From Macrostomum lignano (lineage: Eukaryota): 64,000 bases of DNA. Below the pieces are notes generated by a model. It saw nothing but the letters and a program-made list of their open reading frames with translations. It did no database searches and had not been told where the DNA came from. The translations under genes were made by a program, and so were the position numbers. Position 1 is the first letter of the stretch. Every line of letters begins with the position of its first letter. Location: the NCBI GenBank assembly GCA_002269645.1, contig NIVC01002582.1, forward strand, positions 62,001 through 126,000, written 5' to 3'. Positions 17,656 through 29,040 of this stretch are shown here, piece after piece.

Positions 17656-19128
17656 TGTGATGTGGCCGCAGCCTTCTGCTGCAAGCATAGGGCCGCAGTC
17701 ACATCTTAGGCACTGCTGTCCGCTGCTAGTATCTGGAATAGGAATTTTCTGCTGCCTCCATGCACTCTAAGCAGCCTTCCTTGGCGCTCAGAAGTTGCAC
17801 AATATGGCGCAATCTTCAACATAGGAAATTAGGAAGTTTTGCCTAGCCTAGGGTTAGTTAGTGGAAGCCGCCAAATTTGGCGCTTGCCTGTACTGTTGTT
17901 GCCTGGCCTGCCGCGTACGATCGCTCAGTGTACGCAAGTCTAGTTAGCCGCACTCCTCCCCCGTGCGCTCTCTGGACCCTTCCCCTTTTCTGCTCTCTCG
18001 TTCCTCCTGCGTCCGAGCCTCTCCCCATGCGTCATTCTATTTTTAGACTGAGGGTTTCGCGGACCCCGTGTCCCGAGCTGAACCCTCCCTCACGTGCAGC
18101 CTTGTGCGCACAAGCCCAAATTTGGCATGCTATTGTCACTAGTGGCTTGAGGCGACTGTCGGCGCTTCGTTCAAGCTACTTTCTCCCCCATGTTTAATCA
18201 ATATCTGTTGTGCATCATTATCCGCACTTTTCGGGCTGCAGTTCCATGGTCAAGCCACGGAATGCCCAAACGCTCCACCCTCCGCGTTCTATATTAACGA
18301 ATGCAGGCCCGCTTGTCTGAATTTTTCCTCAGAACCGTTTTGACCGCTGGTCAATCTCGTAGAGAACTATCTCCGAGAAAGCGCTCTAGCGCCGGTTAAC
18401 AGCGAAGCAAAGCTCCTGAGCAGGTCTTGGTAGAGCTATAAGCATCGCTAAGCAGCTGCAAGCTCCTGAGCAGGTCTTGGTAGAGCATTGTAGCGCTCAA
18501 GCAGAAAGCACGCTCCTGAGCAGGTCTTGGTAGAGCATTGCCAGTGCTATAGCTCTGGTTTTCCAGCCTACCCTATTGGCAGGAAATCAGTTGGCTGAGG
18601 CCATTCTGCTAGTGTCAATTCGCGACACAGGCGCGAATAAGAGTGAGAGTGAGTGTGCAGTCGCAGCACTCGTGCGCGATCCTAAGAACAACTAGCTGTT
18701 AGTTTATAGGCCTAGAGTCTATTGCTGCTTCAGGCGCATAGACCTATTCCTCGCCGCCCATCTGCGCGAGACGTATCTATTAGGTTAGTAGGAGTTAGGG
18801 GTCCTCTGAGAGCTAAACTCAGACACGCTCAAGCGCGGACATTGTCAGTGCCAGGACTGCGCCGCTCAGGCCATTTGCTACCATTGAGTCCTGTCACTTG
18901 GACATTGAAATATCTGAGACTAGTTGTTCTAGCGTTATTTATTTGCGTGGAGCCCAAACAGACCCCTTCATTGCGGATCCTACGGTTCCCACGCTGGTGG
19001 CAGCACTACCCTTAATTTTAGATTTCCCCAGTCTCAACCCCCACAAGCAAGGTTGCCTCGGCCAATAGCAGTCCGCCTCACCCTAGCAGCCAGATACCGA
19101 GACACAACACTGGTGGCAGCGGTGGGAT
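17656..19128 (+). mobile_element. LTR (~1.45 kb) plus tRNA-Leu primer-binding site of a truncated LTR retrotransposon
   Basis: Ends ...ACACAACA at 19109, then a 1-nt spacer and TGGTGGCAGCGGTGGGAT (19111-19128), complementary to the conserved tRNA-Leu 3' end. Internal triple repeat at ~18410-18545. The left TG boundary (17656) is tentative and no ORF follows. Confidence 0.65.
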
Positions 19129-20971
19129 ACCAAGATTTACAGACCCGAGCCAAGGCAATCAGAAGCAAGGGCACTTTAATTGCTATAAATTCGGAGAAAT
19201 ACTTTTTCAAAACAAAACTTCAATGCTATCCTGCAGTTGATGCCGACTATATGTGGTATAACCGTGTACAATTTTTTGACTTTTTGGCAGTCCATTCCGC
19301 AGCCTCTAAACATATATCTAGCTGTTTGCTTACATGTGCGTAATGCAAGCACACGTACTGCAGAAATTCAGCGTTGGCGACGTCGATCGACCGACGTTTC
19401 CGAATTCTATCAATGAACGTCATGATCGACAAGTATATGTATATGTACTTTTTACATAAACCGCGACGTTCAGCTAACGTATGAGATGCCGTTTTATATC
19501 TGTCGATGTAATGTGTAAAAGCTATAAATACATTTATTTGTCAGCGGCGATGATAGACGTCGGGAAAGTCGCTGACGTTGGATTGCTGTACAGGATAAAT
19601 AAAGTCACAACACTACAGCTGCTCTACATGTATATATGAACCCGCGCTTGTACCAGCTGTGCATGCATGTACCTGTACGATCAAATTTTATAGTGTACCT
19701 GCATGTGCAAACGTATCAAAGGACCTTGAAATGTACATGTATGTACAGTAAATACATGTAAAGTAATATATGATTTATAGCATCTAAGCTTAAATTAGCT
19801 AATTCATTCATACATGTATGTTTACATGTATGATGCGAGGCTGGACGAATGGCATGGACAGCGTCTACTAGCTAAATTACCGCGCCCACAAAGGCTTTGC
19901 GCATAAAATGACTTATCCAAGAGCAACGAGTGCATTGTCTAATTAAGTATACATGTACATGTATACGTTTATGAAATTATCTTTTACATTTACAGTAATT
20001 GCATCGTCCCTACCGGTTACGGTAGCTATGTGGCGTTCTGACGGAGCGAGTTCGCGTAGACGAGCTGTGCTGCTATTGTTGGCTAGCGGAGCTCAGAGTC
20101 ATATATTAGAATGATAAAACAGTGTTGCCGAATTTCGATTTGATGGAGGAGAAATATAAACTTATTGTAACGAAATATCCGATGATTAGTATATTTAACG
20201 ATTGCACCAGTATATTAGGAATTGGACGACAACAACTTAGCCACACATCACACCTACGTCTCACCAAGGTATAACTTAATAGATAACAGCATTTAAATTT
20301 GTTCCAAGAAGACTCCAATAAAACAAAATCTATGCATTTTAACTTTGATTTATAAACAGAAGAAAACAGTTAATAAATAAATTACATACATTTGGAATAG
20401 TTGATAATGGAAATTACGTAACCGTTACACTCGCCTCCCTAATAATAACAGCAAAGGAATTTATTTAAACTATTGAAAATCGAACGATGGAATAAAATAC
20501 AGCTGAGCCGATTACAAAAACAAGGGAACGACACTCATCATGAAAACGACACTCAAATGCTTACATATTGGGGCTTAAAACATGTAGGATGAAACAAAAA
20601 ATTCCGGTAGGCTGATAAGCAAAATATATAAAGCGAGTCAGAGCCAATGACAGGTCAGAGCAATAAGCAGCTAGAGTTAAATTTCGCCAGCGCAGCAGCG
20701 ACCAGGATGTCGCCAGCGGTGACGCGATCAGGATGTCGTCAGCGGGGACGCGACCAGGATGTCGCCAGCAGGGACGCGACCAGGATGTCGCCAGCCACGA
20801 ACGAAGCCAGCCCACAAGTAAGCACAGCAAGCACAAAACACAAAACAAGCCGAAACCGCCGAAAGAGAGACGCAAACTCCACCAGCACAGCAGCAACACA
20901 GAACAGACAGAACAGACAGCAAACTAACCCCCCCTAACAGAAAGAAGACCGAAAAAAACAAAGACCACACG

Positions 20972-23280
20972 CTACTCAGAACCCCGACTCCGATAGCACC
21001 GATTGATGATGGCCGACAGAAACCTGGCTGGCCTGCGCACAACCCGACCAGACCTGGTGGTGATAATCGGCGCCGCCACTTCTTCAGAGGACTGAGAATG
21101 AGAGCTCGTGGTCCCAGAGCTGCTTTCCCGCGGCTCCAGTTTGATGTCAAACCGTTCTTCGTTACATGTAGGTGATTGATTTGGCTCTAGCAGCGAGGGA
21201 TTGGAATCGGTACTCGAGGCCGGCTGCTTGAACTCGGCTTGCTCGTTTTCTTGCACTAGCTCTTGCCGACTTGTCAAACTGATCGCTGCGACCGAACCTG
21301 ACACACTAGCCACTGCTTCAAACCCGACACCCTGATCAGGATTCTCCTCTGGTTCTGAGCGCCGTTCGTCAACAGCGGGAATCGAACTTCCCTGCTCCCA
21401 CGAATCTCCACAGTCCAGATCCAGAGAGCCCCTATCTGGTAAGCCTGCTGCGGTGAAAGATCTGTCACTCGAGGATTGCTGACCTTGGATGGAAGCCCGA
21501 GGCTCTTCCGTCTCAGGTGCCAGTCCAAATCTGTCGATAAGGTCAATGTACGCTGGTCTTCTCACACACCTCTTCAGCCTGTCAATGTTGTAGACATTGT
21601 GCTTTGGGTTTGGTATTCCGGCGTCTGACACTGGGGCAAGCCGGTAATTTCTGTCCGATACCTTTTCGATGATCTTGTACGGCCCAAACCACACCGCAGT
21701 GTCCAAGCCCTTGTGGTCCGGATTTAGGACCCACACGAGCTCTCCCTCCTTAAAGACCGAATGGTGAGTGCCCCGATCGTAGTAGCGCTTCTGGCGCTGT
21801 TGGGCTTTGCCTCGAATCTGTCTGGCCAAGGTCGATACGGTCACCAGCTCGTGGTATAGTTTATGGGCGAACCTGTTAGGCTGATATTGGTCCAGCGCTG
21901 GAGGCCCGTATTTAAGGTCAAGGGGAAATACGAGCTCACGCCCCAAGAACAGGCGCGCTGGCGTGAAGCCAGTAGACTCAGCCTCCGTCGCTCTGATTGA
22001 CAGGCCAACGAGGCGGGCTGCTAGCGACCAATTACACTCTCGGTCCTGACACACGGCACGGATTTGACTCTTAATTGTTTGAATAGCTCTTTCAGCCTTG
22101 CCATTGGCTTGGGGCCGGCGAGCTGCGATCCGAACCTTTTCGATTTCAAGGAGGCTGGTGAGCTCTTCCAACACGTGGTTGATGAACGCCGTGCCATTGT
22201 CGGACACAATCGCTTCCATGGCCCCCCACCTGACAACCCACTCGGTAAGAATCGTTTGGGCAGTGGTTTCAGCAGTTATATCTGGCACAGGAATAATTTC
22301 GACCCAGCTGGTAAAGCGGTCAATGAGAACCAGCAAAAACCTGTTGCCACTTTGTTCCAGGAATGGACCTGCGTGGTCCACGTGAACCACCTGACCCGGG
22401 TAGCCGGCAAGGGTGGGCTGCATCGGTTCCTTATTTTTACGATTAGTTCGCTTTGTTCGGGCACAGGTCTCACATTCGGCGATGATCCCCGTGACATGAG
22501 TCTTTAGTTCATTGATCTGGAAACGGTTTTTTAGCGCTTTCGTGGTTTTTGTCACCCCACAGTGATTCAATGCTTGATGGTAATTCAGAACGATTTCATC
22601 CACGTCCGCTGTCTCGGGAATGACTAAGACAGAGCGGAAAGGTTTGCCTTTCTTGGCGGGCTTCTGGATGTACAACAGACCCTCGTTAAGACTTAGTTTC
22701 TCAAAACTTGAGCACAATACTCTGATCTCACGACTGCATGACTGGAGCTCTTCGCTACTCGGTTTCTGCCCACCCTTCACGGCTTCTATCAGCCTCAAGA
22801 TGTCAATTGAGGATTCTTGAGCTTGCCTTGCCCAGTTTTCTTCCTGCTGATCCGACAACCCATCCTCCGAATCAGAATCGCTTGCAACGACTGGTTTAGC
22901 AGGGTGCTCCACAACCCGGATTGCTGGCGCTTCAGCAAGCATTCCCATCTCTGCCTGCTGATGTCCAGCATTCTCAGAAAGCAGCTCTGGTTGATGGAAA
23001 GTTTGAGTCTCAACCTCCTTATTTTCAGATTTAAAATTTTGATTCTCATCGTTCTCTGTCTGGAGAGCGACAGAACACGTTTGAGTCATTTTTGTTGTAA
23101 GAGTCTGTACGACCGCAGTCGTGTTTTTGATCTTACCAGCAAATTTGTCCTTGAACTCTGGTATCTGGCTACATGTCGGACAGTCGTGGTGATCGGCTCG
23201 AAACTTTGGGTTTCGGCTAAGAAAATCAGCGTTTAAGTGCTCTTGACCAGCCCTGTGCCTAACTTCAAAGTCATATTCCC
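20972..23280 (-). CDS. Gypsy pol, 3' part: RNase H C-terminus, linker and integrase
   Basis: The frame opens at ~23280 (EYDFEVRHRAGQEHLNADFLSR...DCPTC). HHCC finger (HQALNHCG...CETC), DDE core (HVDHAG, IVSDNG, GKAERAI) and GPY module (WFGPYKII). Confidence 0.92.
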
Positions 23281-26082
23281 GAGGCGTTCAAGAGGTGTCT
23301 GGTTAATTTTAAAGTCATAGGCTTCAATTGTGGCCAACCATTGGGCCAGCATGCCCGTGGCATGTCTCTTTGTGTGCAACCATTTCAGCGCTGCCGCGTC
23401 GGTGCGTACGACGAAGGGGCGGTCCAGCAGATAGACTCGAAAGTTCTCGAGCATCATCACCACGCCCAGAAGTTCCCTCATCGTGGCACAATAATTTCTC
23501 TGCGCAGCGGTAAATTTTTTTGAAGCGTAACTGATCACTTTTTCTTGATCACCAGCCCCTTGTTGGGACAAGACAGCACCAACTCCCTCGAGCGAGCTGT
23601 CGCAATCCAAGATAAATGACCCTGCATTCGGTGAAAAGTCGGGATAAGCTAAGACTGGTGGCGAACAGAGGCATGACTTCAGCTCAGAGAACGCTTTGTC
23701 ATGCTTTTCATGCCAGACAAACTTCTCAGCCCCTCTTGCCAGAGCGTAAAGTGGCGCGGCTATCACCGAGAACCTAGGGACGAATTTCCTGTAGTAGTTA
23801 CAGAAGCCCAGAAACGACAGCAGCTGCTTCTGATCGATCGGTCTAGGCCAATCGCGAACGGCATCAGTTTTCTCTGGGTCAGCTTCTATTCCCTGTCCCG
23901 AAACTATGAAACCAAGAAACCGCACCTTATCCCTGAATAGCTCACATTTGCTGGGTTTGATTTTTAAGTTTGCCTTGCGCAGCCTCCAAAGTACAAGCGC
24001 CAAATTCACTATCATCTCGTCATTGTCCCTAGCTTTTACGATGACATCGTCGAGGTAAATCAGACTGACCTTGAGCAACAATGGCTGGAAGACTCGGTGC
24101 ATCAGCCGAGCGAATGTTGCTGGGGCGGTTTTGATGCCAAAAGGTACAACTTTCCATCTAAAAGTTCCTTGTGGGCACGAGAAGGCAGTGAAATCCCTGT
24201 CTTGCTCACGAATTCCTACTTGCCAGTAGGCGGAGGTCAGGTCAAGGCTCGAAAATACCTGAGCCCCAGCCAAGCTGTCGAAAGACTCATCAACCAGAGG
24301 CAGGGGAAAGCTGCAAGGCTTAATGACTTTATTGGTCTGCCGATAGTCAACACACAGTCTCTGGCTACCATCCTTCTTCCGCACCAGGACGATTGGGGAC
24401 GCCCACTCGGAGTCACACTCTTCTATCACACCGCATTCTAGCAATTTGGCAATATGCTGGTCTAGGAACTCTTTTTGTGCCGGTGTGGTTCTCCGAGAGG
24501 GCTGAAATACCGGTCGGCAAGTTGGGTCTTTCAGCTCAATTGACATTTCAGTTACCGATGTTCTTCCTAAATCTGTATCAGATGTTGAAATTTGGCTATT
24601 GAAAAAGTGCAGCAGCTTTATGGTCGTTGTCAGTTGCTGAGATGTCAGGTTTGATTTTCCCAGGCGGAACTGCCCTTTTAGCCACTCAGCAGTAGCCCTA
24701 TCGGGGTACGGCAGCCTTTCTAGGTGCTTTCCCAACCTCTCAGCATTGTCTATGGTAAAGTCTCGCTCGTGTAGCTGAGTGCGAGTGACAATTTCGTCAG
24801 TCCCTACATCCTGGAAAGAGGCGACTTCCTGCCCCTTCTTGATGGATATCGGGTGGTCTTCACTATTTAGCAATCGGACCAGAACATGGCGGCCTGTGCT
24901 AACACTATCAAGTGACCTGGCTACCAGGCATTCTCCGTCTGCCCGGAAAAGACGCGGTCCAAGGACTCCTTGAGCACCTGGAACCGCTTCAGAGACCCGA
25001 CTTGGAACCACCGCTTCTGACCGAGGTGCCATCTCTAGATCACAAGCGGCTGTCACACGTCTCACGCGGTAGAGCCCGCTGTCACCCTCAATGATCGGAA
25101 TGGCCTCTCCATTAACAGTAACTTTGCCATCAGCGAGTAGCAGGTTGACCTTAAAACTCTTTAGGAAATCCAAGCCAAGCAAGACATCCGATAACTTGGT
25201 TTCCATGACCAAAAACACCTGGGTTTTAGTTAGTTTCCCTAAAGAGACCTCGCAACGCAATGTACCTATAATTTCTGTGGTAGTGCCGTTGAAAGCAGTC
25301 GCAGAGCGTCTATTTGTAGCCTCTGTAAAAACGTTGTTGATGGGGTCAGCTTCTACTAGCTGATCCTTTACGCGAACTCCCATGACGCTGGCGTTAGCCC
25401 CGGAGTCAAGACATGCTATTATGCGACTCTCCCCCACACCCAACTGAACAAAGTAGCTCGAGTCCGTCTTGAACTCACTTTCAAGTGCTGCAGATTGTTC
25501 GCAATTCGCCGGTGAGGCCAACTCACTGACACCTAGTGCACGATCACTTGGTTTCCCAGCTTCAGCTACCCGGTGAAACTTAACCCTGAGTCCCACCATC
25601 TGGTGGACTGTTTTGCACTGAAGCCCCTCATCAAGCTGCTGGAAATGTACGAATACATTGTCGCCCATAAGAGCCGAACGGATGAACCCATGACTCTGAA
25701 ACCACTGTGTGATTACCCCAGTCTCCAAAGGTTCTGCTCCCTGTCTTACTTGTTCCTTGTCAGTGCGACCCCTGGGATTCAGAGGAGGCGGGTGAGGACA
25801 GTCTGCCACTAGATGATCAGTTAGGCCACATCGGTAGCATGCTCTTGGTGGGCGGCTTTTGACTGGTGCTCTGTTTGCATAGGCCAGATGGTGCGATGGG
25901 GCTGGCCGAGCATAGTAGCTGCGTCCCTGATTTTTTATGCCCTCGTCACTCAGATGTACCTTATGTGAGTTCCGTTCCAGAGAACTAAGAGCTGGCTGTT
26001 GAGCAATCAGCTTTTCTAATTCTTTTATTCGCGCCTCAAGCTCTGCTGTCTTGTCTGAGCCCACAACGCGAACCTTGGCCAC
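23233..26082 (-). CDS. Gypsy gag-pol: CCHC knuckle, cold-shock-like domain, aspartic protease, dUTPase-like segment, RT, RNase H
   Basis: CYRCGLTDHLVADC (25798-25839), LDSGA (25396-25410), YLDD (24046-24057), RNase H LDCDSS and YCATMRELL. Confidence 0.93.
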   Translation of the reverse strand: MAKVRVVGSDKTAELEARIKELEKLIAQQPALSSLERNSHKVHLSDEGIKNQGRSYYARPAPSHHLAYANRAPVKSRPPRACYRCGLTDHLVADCPHPPPLNPRGRTDKEQVRQGAEPLETGVITQWFQSHGFIRSALMGDNVFVHFQQLDEGLQCKTVHQMVGLRVKFHRVAEAGKPSDRALGVSELASPANCEQSAALESEFKTDSSYFVQLGVGESRIIACLDSGANASVMGVRVKDQLVEADPINNVFTEATNRRSATAFNGTTTEIIGTLRCEVSLGKLTKTQVFLVMETKLSDVLLGLDFLKSFKVNLLLADGKVTVNGEAIPIIEGDSGLYRVRRVTAACDLEMAPRSEAVVPSRVSEAVPGAQGVLGPRLFRADGECLVARSLDSVSTGRHVLVRLLNSEDHPISIKKGQEVASFQDVGTDEIVTRTQLHERDFTIDNAERLGKHLERLPYPDRATAEWLKGQFRLGKSNLTSQQLTTTIKLLHFFNSQISTSDTDLGRTSVTEMSIELKDPTCRPVFQPSRRTTPAQKEFLDQHIAKLLECGVIEECDSEWASPIVLVRKKDGSQRLCVDYRQTNKVIKPCSFPLPLVDESFDSLAGAQVFSSLDLTSAYWQVGIREQDRDFTAFSCPQGTFRWKVVPFGIKTAPATFARLMHRVFQPLLLKVSLIYLDDVIVKARDNDEMIVNLALVLWRLRKANLKIKPSKCELFRDKVRFLGFIVSGQGIEADPEKTDAVRDWPRPIDQKQLLSFLGFCNYYRKFVPRFSVIAAPLYALARGAEKFVWHEKHDKAFSELKSCLCSPPVLAYPDFSPNAGSFILDCDSSLEGVGAVLSQQGAGDQEKVISYASKKFTAAQRNYCATMRELLGVVMMLENFRVYLLDRPFVVRTDAAALKWLHTKRHATGMLAQWLATIEAYDFKINQTPLERLGNMTLKLGTGLVKST

Positions 26083-27659
26083 GGATGATTGACCAGGATT
26101 TAAGAGCTTTCGGACACCCGCTATCTCTCTGGCTTTCTTGGCCAGGTCCTCGGAAGAGAGGCAAGGGTTTTCCTTACAGTGTGTACAATGACTAGCTGTT
26201 AATTCTATACTTACACGCCGGGTACAAAATTTACAAGTCGGTGTGGGCGCATATACAGTTATGGAAGGCTGATGCCGTAAAAAATTATATTACATGCAAT
26301 TACAAACACATTACATTACATTAGATTACATGCCAACAATGCGTGTATCTTGTAATAGGAATCATGACAGCAAATATTTTCCATGGATCTGTCTTTTGAA
26401 ACTTAGAGGTGGTAATAGCAACTAAAACTGTTAAACTACTCGTAGAAAGCTTTCATAAGGTAGAAAATTTGTTTTAACCACATAAAGTTTCCAGCAATCC
26501 AGTACCCCGCTTCGAATCCATCAAACTCGCTTTTTTCTCAATTAATCGACTTATTTTGAGCTAATGTATCTATCTACTGTCTATGTACTATTCGCTAACT
26601 ACACAGTACACAATGCAGTAAGTAAATAATAGTAAATTGACAGCAATCTCTGTCAAATTCTGCCAAAGCGCGTCCGCCCTTTCATTAAAACATCGTTGCT
26701 TAATAGTCGGTCCAAAATCCAAATTTCTTTGTGGATGCCGATGGCTCGTATTATACTATATAGTGGCCCCCTGTTCATTTTTTACAATCACCTAGTCCTA
26801 ATTAATATTAAGTCTATTTATCTTAGTCTTCATTGACCTTAAAATATCATGTATAGTTGTGGGCAAAAATTGTTCCAATCTTTATCTTAAAAATATGGTT
26901 GGACAAGGGCCTCTGTGCCTGGCTGACTGGCTAGGCCCATTGCCTTGGCTAGGCCTACCCTTAAGGCTTAGGGCCTACACTATGTTATATGTGTTTATAG
27001 ACATTGGTTTCTTAATCTTAATCTTAGTTGACTTCCTATCCTATCCCATCATTAGCATTGACAATGATTTGACATAACTAGAACTAGATGGTTTTGTTAT
27101 ATTATTTCTTGTTTTGAATTTGTTCCAGCGCACATATAAATGGCTGGACGACCATTGGCTCCTATGACAATCATTCCGGTAAGCAATTTGCGTCCGCTTG
27201 CAGAGCTGTACCAACTGGACCTCACTCACGATAAGGGACCTGGCAGCCATAACAACAGATAACAACAAAAAAAAGATTTGCTGGCTATTATTTGTTGGTT
27301 GGCCACCTACAGGCTGCTTTCCAATGAATAGCAGTGTGGATGCCAGCCGGGTGCTCAAATGCATTTGCAACGCCAAGAAGGTGCCCAGTTTATTGATAAC
27401 TTGGCCTGCCTGGGCCTGCAAAGACTATCGTGCCCAAGTTTCTATAAGGGTGTCACACTATTATCCCATCTAATTATCTTTCTCGTGACTTTGAACTCTA
27501 ATTTGAACTTTTTTGATGGTGGGTCATCTTTTTTTAACTTAGGCCTAAAATAATATAATGAGCCATTTCTATATGTGCTTGCTAGAACAAATTTGAAACA
27601 AGAAATAATATAACAAACGAAACGAAACCATAGTTATACCAATGATTCTTTTATATATT

Positions 27660-29040
27660 AGGCCCTAGTATAGTACCAGGGTCCAGATCGTATAGTAGTG
27701 TACACTGGAACAAGAATCCTATCTCAGCTAAACATATGCCAGTATATGCCAAAAACAAAAAATTTCTCGAAGATGTAGGCCTACACTAAAAATTCCTCCT
27801 AAAAAGGTCATTTGGTTTTTCACAAGTAGAGTTTTCTTAGAAGGCTTTCATGCAAAAAGTCTTTAAATATTATTACAAATATTTTCATTTTAAACAAACT
27901 TAAATTAAACCTACAGAAAATATGATAAATGTCTTAGCATTCATTTATACTAATTTTATTAAAAAGCAAAAATTTTATCACTGACTTTCTACACTATATA
28001 AATTTTCCTAAGTTATTTTATATAAAAAGGTTAATTTACATTACAATTTTCATGCATGTCATAAATTTATTCACCAAAATTGGTACACCAAAAAAATGGC
28101 ATGAATTTGTGCGCTGAAATTTGTATACCAAAAATTATATGAATTTGTACGCCAACTTTGAAAGGGGTCATTTGTATGCCAGAATTTTCCAAGATACATG
28201 TAACCTTCTGGAGTCTAGTATTAGTAGCCTAGGCGGTGCCTATAGAAGTCCCCATTAGACTATGCTATTTAGAAAATTAATTTAGTAGGCCTAAAGCCTA
28301 TCCCAAAGTAAAAGCTAAGATATCAATATACAAAAGGCCTATCAAATCAAGATATACATTAAATAGGCCTAGGCCTAACTAAATTCATATGTAAATTGTC
28401 TCCATAGTCCAGATCATAGTAGGCATAGGGCCTATGCTAGAATGAAAATTCTAGGCCTAGTTTTTCTAGTTTTTTCTTTGCTAGAACCTGGTATTTGTTT
28501 TATTTTTGTTTTCCTTATAAGTTGTATTAAAATTTTCTATTGTTTCTTTATATTTAAAAAAATAGCTCTCTTTGATATTTAACTACACTATATATACTTA
28601 GCCTAGGCCCTACCTTACACTCTATGACTCTAGATCATGTAGGCTACTAGGGTCCAGCTTGTGTAGTAGTGTATACTGGAATAAGAATCCTGTCTTAGCT
28701 AAATATATACCAAAAACATACAATTTACCTAACATATACATAAAAACTTTCTCCTAAAAAGGTCATTTGGTTTTCACTTTTCATAAATTAAGTTTTCTAA
28801 GAAAGGATTTTGTAAAAAAAAGTCCTTAAAAATGAGTTTTTTTCATTTTAAACAAACTTAAATTATTAGGATTACAATTTTCATGCATAGCATGAATTTA
28901 TTTTCCAAAATTTAAGCCTATGCACAAAAAATCAACATGAATTTGTATATCAAAATTTGTATGCCAACTTTGAAAGGGGTCATTTGTCTGCTAGAATTTT
29001 TGGCATGCATGTAACCTTCTGGAGTCTAGGCAGGCTAATA
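27660..29040. repeat. Diverged direct duplication in AT-rich DNA
   Basis: ~27660-28220 resembles ~28630-29030 (for example GCCAACTTTGAAAGGGGTCATTTGT and TGTAACCTTCTGGAGTCTAG in both). Confidence 0.7.

Larger units (their letters stand above)
20600..26180 (-). mobile_element. Ty3/Gypsy LTR retrotransposon, internal region, 5'-truncated
   Basis: Domain order Gag zinc knuckle-PR-RT-RH-IN. The frame stays open upstream of 26082 to ~26180 with no start codon, 5' LTR or PBS. The 3' region carries ~24-bp GCTGGCGACATCCTGGTCGCG repeats. Outer boundaries are approximate. Confidence 0.9.

Noticed and set aside
17656-19109. LTR considered as the 3' LTR of the Gypsy ORFs at 20972-26082
   Set aside because: It carries a PBS on the + strand while the ORFs are on the - strand, and about 1.4 kb of unrelated AT-rich DNA intervenes.
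23270-23290. Programmed -1 frameshift between RNase H and integrase
   Set aside because: No X XXY YYZ slippery heptamer in the correct phase, and this is not a usual recoding position in Gypsy elements.
27041-27553. Overlapping short ORFs in a more GC-rich island
   Set aside because: No recognisable motif, stops in all plausible frames and no consistent splice structure.
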